Source of the DNA: the human T2T-CHM13v2.0 reference genome, Homo sapiens
Assembly (NCBI RefSeq): GCF_009914755.1
Contig: NC_060926.1
Strand: one strand, 5' to 3'
DNA length: 64,000 nt
Position numbers and translations under genes: made by a program. The notes under the pieces are model-generated. The model was not told the origin of the DNA. It saw only the letters and a list, made by a program, of their open reading frames with translations, and ran no database searches. Positions 12,511 to 24,113 of this stretch are shown one piece after another (the first letter of the stretch is position 1; the number at the start of each line of letters is the position of its first letter).

Positions 12511-14170
12511 CACTGAAAAATAATACTACTGAATATAGAATTCTTGGTTGACATCCTTTTAAAAATTTTCTTTCAGAACTTTATATCATTCCATTCACTT
12601 TTTCCTACAGTAGTTGGTTCCCAAAGAGAAACCAGCTGCTAATCTTGAGAATCGTTTGTGCATGATGAGTCATTTCTTTCTTGCTGTTTTCAAGATCCTC
12701 TCTTTGTAGTTTCAGTTTGATTATAGTGTGTCTCAGTGTAGTTCTCTTAAAGTTATCTTTTCTGAAGTTTGTGAAGCTTCTTGTATGTGTAGATTCATGT
12801 ATTTCCTCAAGTATGTCAGATTTGGGACCATTATTTCTTTAAATATTGTTTCTGTCCCTTACTCTCTTTCCCGTCTTCTCTGGGACTCCCATAATGCATA
12901 TGTTTATGTACTTGATGCTGTCCCACAGGTCTCTTAGGCTCACTTCCCTTTTCTTTATACAAAAGAAAAGAGATAAAACTTTTTGATCCTGAGACTGGAT
13001 ATTTTTCTCTTCAGTTGTGCTTTTCAGCTCCAGAATTTTAATTGTTTTATTTTTAGTTTTCATAATTTCTATTTATTGATACCTCATTTTGCTCCTTCAC
13101 CATTTTCCTGGTTTTCTTTAAATACTTTGTCCATGGCTTCTCTTAGCTCTTTTGATTTACTGAAGACAGCTAATTTAAAGTGTTGGTCTAGTAAGACCAA
13201 TGTCTGGGCTTTCTCAAGGATAGGTTCTATTGATTCCCCACCCCCATCCCCCACCCCATAAATAGGCCACACTTTTCTGATTCTTTGTCTGCCCTGTACT
13301 TTTTTTATTTTTTAGTTCTGGAGTACATGTACAGGATGTGCAGGTTTGTTACAGAGGTAAACATGTGCTTTGTAGTTTGTTGAAAACTGAGCATTTTGAA
13401 TATTTTAGCATTGTAACTTTAGAAATCAGGTTCTCTTTTCTCCAGGGTTTGTTTTTGATGTTTGATGGATGCAATGGTCCATTTGTTTAGTGACGTGTTC
13501 AAGCTATTTTATCAAGGACTATATTCCTTGTTGTGTGTGGTCAGTAATGTCTCTGTTCTGTTATTTCAGTGGTCAGTCAGTGACCTGACAGAGATTTCCT
13601 TAAATGTGTGGAGTCAAGTAAAAAATAAAAATAGGCTAGTTTTTGCCTCTTTGCTCTGAGCTAGGGACTTGGCTCTGGGCTATGGACTCCATTGCTAATC
13701 CAGACCATGTGTGACCTTGCCCTAATATGTGAAGCCCTTAGACCTATCAAAGGTAGAAGCCTCTAGTACTTTCAAGTGTTTTTCTGGGCATGAATCTGGT
13801 CTTAGTTGTACACATTGCACTTTGCCTTTCCAGTATATGGCATGGCCCTTCTAAGTCATTATTTCCCCCCAGTAATCTTCTTCCTTGAATTATTTCTTCC
13901 TGGGATCCTGGGTTCTGTCTGCCTCTCATCCCATTCATATCTCTTGCCCCAGCTGAGCACAAAGTATGTATGTCTTTAAGTCTTTTTGCCACCCAGAATG
14001 CCGCTTTAGCCCAGGGTGCAAGTTGATGTAGGGGAGTGCAAAACAAAAGTCAGCCTCTGTGTCAGTCCCTCAGGGAATGACCAGACAGGTCAAAATGCAC
14101 AACCACAGTATTTTAAGAATAAGGGCTTCAATAGACGCTGACTTCGGCAAGTCAAACCAGGAATCTGGCC
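12511..14170 (-). mobile_element. Old L1 (L1M4-like) 5' UTR + ORF1 remnant
   Basis: Minus-strand peptides SLRDLWDSIKYINICIMGVPE and CQPRILYS resemble L1 ORF1p (SLQEIWDYVKRPNLRLIGVPE; FQPRISYP). Confidence 0.85.
13300..13368 (-). mobile_element. Tiny L1PA 3'-end insertion inside the old L1
   Basis: TTTTAGTTCTGGAGTACATGTACAGGATGTGCAGGTTTGTTACA..GGTAAACATGTGC. Confidence 0.85.
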
Positions 14171-15608
14171 ATCATCCCCACAATTGAAAGGGTTTGAAAA
14201 CAAATGTGAATAATATCTACATGTGTTCCCCCAACCCCTTAGGAGAAAGCAAATAGGTAGTACTAAATTTGATGCTCAGTTATGTTGAGCTTCTTATGAC
14301 TATTGTTAATGTACATCCAAATATGCTGTAAGGCATCATGCCAGGAAATTTAGATGTATTTTTACTCAGAACTGAAGTTGGAGTATTGAATTCTGCTGGA
14401 AAATAACGTGTAAAAAGGACCACCCTAAGAACATTTAATCTATGTTGTTTTTTTTTTCCTTCCTACATTGAATTGCTAGGTTCTGGACTGAAGGATCCCT
14501 GTTGTGGTAAATAATTTAACCCAGACTCACATAATTTGCTGTTTTGATAAGGATACACATTAGAAATAAACTTGAAAATCCAATAGAGCACATAAGCCTT
14601 TCAGGATGCTGTCTTACATTTTATTTATATTCTTCTAAGTATCGTATGTACAAAGCTGTTCAACTGCAAGAAAGAAAAGGAAAAAAAAAAGAAACTGACT
14701 TCTTACTGAGGAATTTTTTTTTTCTAGCCATGTTCCTATGAGAGTGTGTGGTACTTGCAAAATATAACAACTAATTATGTGGTCTCCGTTATAAATTTCC
14801 CACCATTATTTCAGATGAATATCCCTTGTTATCTTCAAAAGGTTACACAGCATTTGAAATTCAAAAGAAAGGTGTTACCTGCTATCTTGCATAAATCTCT
14901 AACAATTGCAAATGGAATATATTATCGTCAGATCCGATTGCTTATATCCATCCAATCTTGCCTTGGCCCAGCATTTGTAAAGGTAAATGCATGGTAACGT
15001 GCTTCTTATTTTCTTGGAATTTAAAATTGTGCATATAAATGAGAGTATCCCTCTTACACAATTTCTTGCAGATTGTTTTTTTCCATTACTGCTCTCATAC
15101 CAAGTACATTACATTGAATGGTGAGAAAGGCTGAAAAACTTTATTAACTGTAACTTAAATATAACAGCACATTCTTTCTAAATGCAAGTGGGGGAAGATA
15201 AATATCAACTTTATTCCACTATTCAATGTAAGCCTTACAGATATATACGGTACTTGTTTGAATGCTCCTGGATTGTTTAAGGTCATTTGTATTGATTGAC
15301 TATTGTGAAGTTTTACACTGTAATCTCCTTGTTTAAAGTTTTCCAGAATGTAAATCCATTGAGCCTATAATTTGCATATTATTAACAATATAGATTAGTA
15401 TATTAGAATTACCTAAATCAATCTGATATGCATTTATTGAGTACCCACTCTTTACTCGTCACTGCAGTAGGTGCTAGAGGAATAGAAAGGCAACAGGGCC
15501 CTGTCCCTGTCAAGTTCACAGTTGAGTTAGAGATTGAATGAATAACCTTAAAATATTAATATCCCTTGGGTTGCAGCAAATATAACCTAAAGGGAATTCA
15601 GAAAACCA

Positions 15609-16130
15609 CAGTGGTGAGTCCAACTCATATTCAGAATCACTTGGGGAGGTTTAACACAATAGAGATTGCTGACTCTGCTTTAGACTTACTGATATGGTTT
15701 GGCTTTGTGTCGCCACCCAAATCTCATCACGAATTGTAATCACCACCTGTCAAGGGAGGGAGGTGATTGGATCATGGGAGTGGTTCCCCCATACTGTTCT
15801 CATTACTGTGAGGGAGTTATCACAAGATCTGTTGGTTTTATAAGGGATGCTTTCCCCTTTGCTTTCTCTTCTCTCTCCTGCCACCATGTAAGATGTGCCT
15901 ACTTCCCTTTCCACCATGATTGTAAGTTTCCTGAGGCCTTCCCAGCCATGCAGAACTGTGAGTCAATTAAACCTCCTTCCTTTATAAATTACCCAGTCTC
16001 AGGTAGTATCTTTATAGCCATATGACTAATACACTTACCAACCCCAGATATCTCAGAGTATTGCCCAAGAATATGCACTTTTAAAATGCTCCCTGGATGA
16101 CGTTGGTGACTAGCCAGTTTGGGAACTGCC
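15609..16130. mobile_element. MER5-family hAT-Charlie element split by the THE1 LTR
   Basis: CAGTGG..AGAATCACTTGGGGAG..AGATTGCT on the left; GCCCAAGAATATGCACTTTTAA..GCTCCC..GTTTGGGAAC on the right. Confidence 0.7.
15690..16033 (+). mobile_element. THE1D/MST-like MaLR solo LTR
   Basis: TGATATGGTTTGGCT...GACTAATACA with perfect 5-bp TSD CTTAC (15685-15689, 16034-16038). Confidence 0.95.
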
Positions 16131-17029
16131 AGACTAGATGACCTTTTATGTCCTCTGAAAGCTTTGGAGTCTAGAGTTCTATACTTGAATTAGAGAAGTT
16201 AAAAAGGAAGAAACTATGTGGAGGCACAAAGTGCATACATATTCAACTTTATTATTATTAAAATATGAAGTCTTCTTCTCAGCCTATCCCCAACCAAGTC
16301 GATGAAAATCTATGTTTTGGTAATATGCCTATCACCCACAAGAGGGCTCCCCTGAAAAAAAAAATCTCAACCAAAATATCTTAGTCTGTTAAATAAATCT
16401 TAGTATGTTTAGAACAACTTCACTGATCTATTTATTCATTGAAAAGCATATTTGCAATATATTCTGAACAGTTTTTTAACCGTATGTAGAGGGCCTTATG
16501 CTGAAGTATCAAGAAGACCAGTGATTTAGTTTGTAACTTTTAAGCATAAGGACAGGGGAGATTATTGTTTAAAAATTATCTTATAATATAATGTAACTTA
16601 CAATATATGGTAAACAAAGACATCACCTTTATAGTCATGTACATATTCTAATTTTTCCTTAGAGCCCCAGTTTATATATAGCTCATTTATTTTCTTTACA
16701 TTCTATCCTAGTGTACTCAGGTGCTTAACCAGTGTATAGACAGGGTATATTCCATGAGAGTGTTAAAATACTAACATTGCCATCAATGACCTACCTGAGG
16801 TGTCAGTAAGGCCATTGAGAGGGGGGATAATATTTTCTGAGAATCCAGATCTGGTCCTTGTCTTTGATTCCTTGGAACATCTGTCCAATACTTAATCTAT
16901 TGGAAGTGCAAAGGTGCAGTCTACTTAGGGGCTAGGTAGCCTACCACAGAGATCTTTCATTGACAGATCATTTAGGATTCAATGTCCTAACAGTTTTACC
17001 CCACTCCCTCTCTCAGTTGGCTGCTCCAG

Positions 17030-17428
17030 TGTATACAGTAGTAAAAACAAACTGTTTCTTTTCCTAATATTCTCTCACTCAACACAACCCAGAGCACTTC
17101 TGACACCAGATGTGCATTTTGCTTTGTTTTGTTTCCCACACATCAATTCTCCAGCAGACAGCAACTGGGTGTTCTAACCTTCAGTTAAATTTTGACACAA
17201 GCTGTAGTTAGTGCAGACCCCACATGTTACGGACTCAGTCCCACATGACCCCCCTCACCTCAGATGCCAATTGCAAGTCTCAAATTGTCACCTGTGCTTT
17301 TGATCTACCAGCTATAAATCAGGAGTTTTCATTACCTCCTCTTTGGGTTTGATCATTTGCAAGAATGGCTCACAAAACTCAGGGAAACACTTACTTACAC
17401 TTACTCGTTAATTATAAAGGATTACAAC
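17030..17428. mobile_element. MER21-family LTR fragment
   Basis: CACTTCTGACACCAGATGTG; TCAGATGCCAATTGCAAGTC; GGCTCACAAAACTCAGGGAAACACTTAC..TTATAAAGGAT. Confidence 0.8.
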
Positions 17429-17625
17429 CAGAGCAAGCTTGGAAGTGGATTCTTCACCAGAGTCTTAGGTTAGAGCACAGCCTGGCAGACACCTTGTTTT
17501 TGGCCATGTGATAGCCAAAGTAGAAAACCCAATACATACTTACATAACTGGGAGATAATAAATGGTTATTGTTTAAGGTTACTGAGTTTGTGGTAACACA
17601 TTATGCAGCAATAGAAAACTAATAT
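17429..17625 (+). mobile_element. MLT1 (E/F-like) LTR 3' part
   Basis: GAGATAATAAATGGTTATTGTTTAAG..GAGTTTGTGGTAA..TATGCAGCAATAGAAAACTAATA. Confidence 0.85.
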
Positions 17626-19427
17626 TTTAGGCGTGAGCATGTTTTCACTATGACTAGCTTTTTTATTATATATTTTTGCTTGTCAGTTTCTTTACATGTG
17701 TATTCCAAAATTACAACTATGTCTAAAGAAGAGCAGTTCTGTCTTGTGTATGGATAGATGATACTCCTGCCTCCCCATCAAAGCACATTGACTGCATTTT
17801 GGGAGGTGGGAGTTACTGCACAATCCACCTGCCTCTCTTTGTCTTGCTTCTATGGAAACTGTAATTAACGTACATAATGGAGGTAGCTATAAAAATTCCA
17901 GAAGTCCATGGCCAAAATGCCCTGACTTTAGATTCAAATTTATATCCTAAATTTCTTCTTTGAAATCAGTCTGTGAAATGTACTTTTTAAATTCTTAGTT
18001 TTTATATTTTGGTATTTTCCATATGACTCTGGTACATTTGTGCCTCTTCCACTAGAAGAGTTGGTAATCTGCACAGTTTGTTTCTATTCAACTTATTTTT
18101 ATTCTGTAGAATACTTGAAGTAGTTTTGAGAGCCTGCGAGGACAGTTCCATAAGTTTAATGCTTCCATAATAGACATTCCAGATGGCCTAACCATTTAGG
18201 ACAGGAAATGCGGATCCCTGCCACAAGAATTTTTGGAAGTCCTGCCATTATCTCAGGATATGGCTGGGATGTGGGCCAGACCCCTGAAGGCTCAGACTTC
18301 TGCTAATACCTCTTTTTCCTTGCAGAGCTGCCAGAACTAGAGGAAACACTTTTATTTTTCCCCATCAGAATGAAGACACACTGTCAGCCTGAAACTTTTT
18401 GTAGTCTTAGGAGTCTAGTGTAGTGCAGCTGCCTTTTGACTGAAGCTGGTTCATATGTCTTCAAAATCCTCCCTCTCTTCAGTTCTTGCAAAGTATAACT
18501 TCTCCCTTGTGATCCTACTTCTGCCACAAGAATGAACAAGCACCACTTTGAACTTTTGACCTGGCATTTTCTGTGCACTTGAATCCATCTCATGCAGGGA
18601 GAATGGCCTTTGCCATCACTAACTTTCTCCTTCTCATCAACTGACTGGTATGATAGAACTGTCCCCCCTGGTATGCACCAACACAGCCAGGACAGGACTA
18701 CCCGACAGACATTTAGACTTCCTTATTAGATACCAGGTAGAGCTTCACAAATCCCCAGACTCCTGAAGGGTTTGCCTAAACAGTCCTGGTCCACTGAGCC
18801 TCCCCTGCATCTGAGGCTCAAGCACCTTGCTAAGAGACTCCCTGGGTGGGCCATTTGTGAATTCTGCTTTTTAAACATCATCGGTGCTTTGGATTTAAAA
18901 AGCCTTGCTTTGCTCTTTCATAGAGTACAAAGAGGAAATAGGTTGTTTGACAGAGCGAACATCTTAAACAATCAGCATTGCCTTGCATATAGCAACTCAA
19001 CCAGGGGACAGGGAATGAAATCCAGAGGGGGAAAGAAGAGGACTGGATGCTCTGAGGCTGCAAAAGTGAAGATGAAAGCTAGACAAGCTAGAACCTGGGA
19101 CTGCCACACACACTTTCTTCTTTTGATAAGAGGGAGAGGAGAGTTTGCTTTCCTAATTTACAGGTTTTGAAACTGAGGTTCAGAGAGATTAGTTTTGCTT
19201 CTGAGTCTTAGGAGTTGAGTCTTAGGCGTGTTTGGTTAGATTATAATTGCCTATAAAGCGGAGGTATCTATTTTCTGTAGCTTCTATTTATCTTATTCAG
19301 TCAATTCAAGGTCTGCATTCAATCACCTGCCTGAGTTATAAATATTTTTAATGACCACTCACATTTTTCCCCATCTACCAAGAAGTCCCTTGGGTCATCA
19401 TGCCATTTGAAGAGCATCAGTGTATGT

Positions 19428-19792
19428 GTCTCTTTTAATTGGAGCATTTAGCCCATTTACATTTAAGGCTAATATTGTTATGTGTGAATTTGATCCTGTC
19501 ATTATGATGCTAGCTGGTTGTTTTATGTGTTAGTTGATGCAATTTCTTCATAGCGTCGATGGTCTTTACCATTTGGCATGTTTTTGCAGTGTCTGTTACC
19601 AGTTGTTCCTTTCCATGTTTAGTGCTTCCTTCATGAGCTCTTGTAAGGCAGGCCTGGTGGTGACAAAAATCTCTCAGAATTTGCTTGTCTGTAAAGGATG
19701 TTATTTCTTCTTCACTTATGAAGCTTAGTTTGGCTGGATATGAAATTCTGGGTTGAAAATTCTTTTCTTTAAGAATGTTGAATATTGGCCCC
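19428..19792 (-). mobile_element. L1PA inverted segment: ORF1 C-terminus, spacer and ORF2 start
   Basis: Minus strand encodes GPIFNILKEKNFQPRISYPAKLSFISE (ORF1p) and MTGSNSHITILALNVNGLNAPIKR (ORF2p start, ATG at 19502). Confidence 0.97.
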
Positions 19793-20051
19793 AGAAAACC
19801 AAACACTGCATGTTCTCACTCATAGTTGGGAATTGAACAATTAGAACACTTGGACATAGGGCAGGGAACATCACACACCAGGGCCTGTCGAGGGGTGGGG
19901 GGCTAGGATAGCATTAGGAGAAATACCTAATGTGAATGATGAGTTGATGGGTGCAGCAAACCAACATGGCACATGTATACCTATGTAACAAGCCTGCAAG
20001 TTGTGCACATGTACCCTATAACTTAAACTATAACAAAAAAAAAAAAAAGAA
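19793..20051 (+). mobile_element. L1PA5/6-like 3' end with poly(A)
   Basis: AGAAAACCAAACACTGCATGTTCTCACTCATAG..GATAGCATTAGGAGAAATACCTAATGT..poly-A; shares a TSD with the inverted segment. Confidence 0.97.
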
Positions 20052-20529
20052 AAAAGCATCAGTGGATGTACTTGAATACCTGTTGTTACCAGTGGAGTTA
20101 ATTTAACATCATTGAGCATTTCCCACACCTAGACTTCATGGTGAATTCATTTTTGGTTAAGCTATCTGCTGGAAGACTATATCCAGATTACTGTGTGTAT
20201 GTTTTTGTCTCTGGATATTTTCTTAGGCTTTTGACTCTCAAGTCAAATTTTAGCCCTTCATCTTTTATTAAAACCTCTCAAAAGATCCTGCTACCTTCGT
20301 GAATAATTGTATGCAAAAGATATTTTGCTTAAGACCCATCAGTTCCAAAATCAAGTAAAGAGAATTCCTACTAACAGGTGACAAACACAAAGGAAAGATA
20401 TTGAAAATAACCTATATTCCTGAAGTTAATTTTCAGATAGATAATTTAACCAAGGGTTCATGTTCTAATAGTAGTGATTAACTAGGGAAGAAGTAACAAA
20501 CTGGCTTACATAATTTTGATTATGGCAAA

Positions 20530-20690
20530 TTTATTTAGCACACCAGAGCCTCGACATTCCCAGCTGTAAATTGGGACCAATAATTTTGACCCCAGAGAAT
20601 GGTTCTGAGGATTAAATAGGTGATGTATATGTAGCACTTTCCAAGGCATTTGCCACAGACTCATCATTCATTAAATACAAGTATCTATCA
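20530..20690 (+). mobile_element. MIR
   Basis: CTGTAAATTGGG..GGTTCTGAGGATTAAATAGGTGATGTAT..AGCACTT. Confidence 0.7.
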
Positions 20691-21829
20691 CCTTAGTTCC
20701 CACACAAGCCCAAAGAACATCAACAATTCTTTCCTGTGCATCACCAGTGAACTGGGTGCTTGGATGAAAGAGAAAATACTGTATGAATGTCAAGAATTTT
20801 CAGTGTATTTAGGGACAAGGAGCAACACAGAAAAATAAAAACCTCTGGGTCAATTTCTGCCCCATTTGTCCAATGTGTAATTTCACCTCCCATTTCCAAT
20901 AGGCAGTATTTTCTTATGCAAAGAGTAATTCCCAGTGGTGCAAAAAGGAGGTCAACCTGTGGACAACTTCATTTTTCCCCGTGAACCCCTGGCATTGACC
21001 ACACTCCCCCAAGTTCTTCTGTGGTGAGTTAAGACCATCATGGATACCTTGCACGAAGCACGCAGTAGACACTGCTAGGGTTTTTATTATAGTACCTCTT
21101 TCACACATGATGATTTTTGTTGGTGTTTTTGTTAATGACAGAAAAGGAAAAAAAAATAATAGATTCTGGGACAGTTCCAAGGAAAGCTATTTGTTACTAC
21201 AATTTTAATCATTCAGTTTCTCAATTAATGTTGTAATTCCTGAGGCTCACTTCTGGAACTTCCTCCCAAAGCAGACAGCTCCTCTGAAAACAGATACTCT
21301 CCTTCTCTCGGTTTTGGGTGGATTTCTGTAGTTTGCATGACTCTCTTCTGTATCAACAAATCAGTTGTACAGAATCCAGGGTCACCACAGGTAAGTAGGC
21401 TGAAACAGATAATAATGTGAAGGAATCAGTAAAATCAGTGATAAAGGAAGATTACTTTCCTGTTTTCTAGCTCTTCCTTTTCGTTTTTCTTTTCTGCTTA
21501 TTAAAGTCTTTTAAGACTGCTGCTTTAGCCTTGATAATGTCCATTAGTGCAATACCCATTGAAAGTAACCATTAGAACATCAAAATAATAGAGAAGGTAC
21601 TGTAAGACAACAGTCATTGAAAATTGGTTTCCTTTTCTTTCTAAAAATAAAAAAGTTTATAATATACACAAACTTCAACCACTCTCATGGAAATCATTCA
21701 TGGATATTCACATAGAAGTTTTGGACAAGAAAGAGGGCATTGGTAGAGTCAGTTTTCACTGCATCTCTAGCTAATAAAAACAGAAAAATCAAAGTAAAAT
21801 AGAATTATAGAAGTAATATCTATCACTTT

Positions 21830-21975
21830 GTATTTTTACTGGGTGCTAAGAATGATTCTGAGTGATTTATATTTACTAACTTTAAAAATTTTGTATGTAA
21901 TATATATTCCATTTTATAAGTAAGGAAACAGACATGGCAAGGTTGAGTACTTGCCCAAGAATACACAGTGGAATA
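21830..21975 (-). mobile_element. MIR
   Basis: CCATTTTATAAGTAAGGAAACAGA..GGTTGAGTACTTGCCCAAG. Confidence 0.75.
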
Positions 21976-24065
21976 TATGTAAGACTACAGAGCTAGGTTA
22001 GATATCTGTCCCTGGGCTAAATAAATACAGTTTGAAAATAATTATTTGGTTATGTGCAAACATGGAAAAGAATATCATTTCCTGCTATATCAAATGAGAA
22101 TTAAGAATATGAGCTAGGACATGAGCTATTTAATACAGACTTGCAAGGACTCATGTGTGGTGCAAATTTAATTCAACATGTAAAATATGACCAAGTCAAG
22201 GTCACCAGAAAAAGACTGAATGCAGCCAGGCTCACCTACCCCACGCCCCTCCACCATCACTGGTGCACTAAATCTAGTAGTGTCTCATATCTGTGACAGG
22301 TCTTGCACTTGACTTCTTATTTTGCACTATGAGCTCTTTAAGAGAAGGAGCCATGAGCATCTTTCATACATTTTTCATCATTAAATTATGAGCTCCTTTA
22401 GATCAAAGAATATGCCTAGTCATCTTTCGCCTTCCCTTTCCACCGAATCCAGGCCTAGCAAAGTGTCTGAGTGGGGCATATGAAGCCGTCAGAAAATGGC
22501 AGATAAAATGTTGAATGCCTTTTATAGATTTGAAAATGTGAAAGATACATTGAAAACAATTTTCTGCTAAATCAAGGAGCATGGGAGGCACACGTGGAGA
22601 AACAACACTGAATTTTCTTCACCAAGATCTTCTGTCTACCCTGACTTACACTTCTGATTACAGTGAGCATAGTGGCTGTAAAAGTGGTCACAGTATATAA
22701 ATATTTAGAGAAAACATGGAGAAAAATAAGTTGGAATGTGATTAATAGAGTTAACTATCTAATTATATAATAATGGAGCATTATGTTAAAAGTACTTCAT
22801 TAAAAAAGGAAAAATTACCTATAATTAAATTTTAAATTTGATTGAAGAATGTTGAATTCATTACTGCATTGAGGATCTCCCAGGATCATTTCCTTCTTCT
22901 ATTAATTCTGTTTCTTTGAGGTTAAGCCTCAAACTAAAAACAAAATCTGTAAACATTTTTTAAATTTTAACATAAATTTGTATTTTAAAATAAGCCTTAA
23001 CCAAAGGCAGAGACAGCTACCTAAAAAAATTACGATGTTAGAGGATAAAAAATGTGTTCATTGCTATGCAGTGCTAAGGCTAAGAGCTGAGTGACCTCAG
23101 TAGGCACAGCTCTATTTGTTATCATCTCCCTTTAAAATGGGGAAGTATGGGAATAAATGCCAAATACCATACTTGAGAGAGTAGAGATACTCCAGCAACC
23201 CCTGAGAAAATTGAAGAGCATGAAAAAAGGATAGCCCTTATCCTTGAGTGAATACTCATTTGTAGTAACTCTGTAAACCTAGATGAGATGTACTATGCAG
23301 TTGAACCTCTGGATTATTTACTAATATCCAGATTTCTCACTAAACTGCTTCATTATAGCCTATTGAGAATTGGTGAATAAGTAAACATTGCATCCACAGT
23401 TATATTGGTGGAGGCACCCATCACCACCAAGGGGGAAGAACAGGAGTCAAAAGAGCTACACGTCATTCCCAACTCTCCTGTGATTGGCTTGGCCAATGTG
23501 CCACCTCTTCACTGGCACTTCGTCTACAACAAGGAGGCTAGTTTTACTTCAGTGTTCATTTCACAGGGTTGCTGTGGCTGCCAAATGAGTCACGTGTATG
23601 ACACTCTATCTTAGGAACCATAAGGTATTATCCAAGCACCAGTTAACAGATCAACAAAGCCTAAATGATAGCTGCGTTGTCCTGGACACCAGGATTCCAG
23701 CTACCTGATGTGGATCCCTTCCAAATGCTTAAGACACGAGGTACATGTAATGTTTTTCATAATTCCAATTGCCATCAAGAATTATCGATGACTTAGAGAG
23801 AACATTGATTTTTTTCTGGTGGTGTTTACATGCATTCTTTCTGCAGCCATTAGTGGTCCTCATAGAATTGATAGCTTTTTGAACCGTGACAATGAGATTA
23901 TCGATTCCTGAAAGGGCCCTAATCTAGGAAAACTTTTTAAATGTTTGCTATTGGCTTTTATTAACATATAATGTAGCAACAAGATTGAAAAATTCAAGTA
24001 TTGTGTGATTGCCTGGAAATCTCAAAGTAAAAATCAATGTAGTTAATCTATTTAATAAATCATGA

Positions 24066-24113
24066 AACACATACGCACATGCGCACGTGCAGACACACAC
24101 ATACCCCCACACA
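24066..24113. repeat. Imperfect (CA)n
   Basis: ACACATACGCACATGCGCACGTGCAGACACACAC... Confidence 0.7.

Noticed and set aside
18772-19170. Longest ORF (132 aa)
   Set aside because: TTG start, no recognisable domain, length compatible with chance
19510-19806. L1 ORF1p-like ORF as a gene
   Set aside because: Frameshifted fragment of the inverted L1 piece
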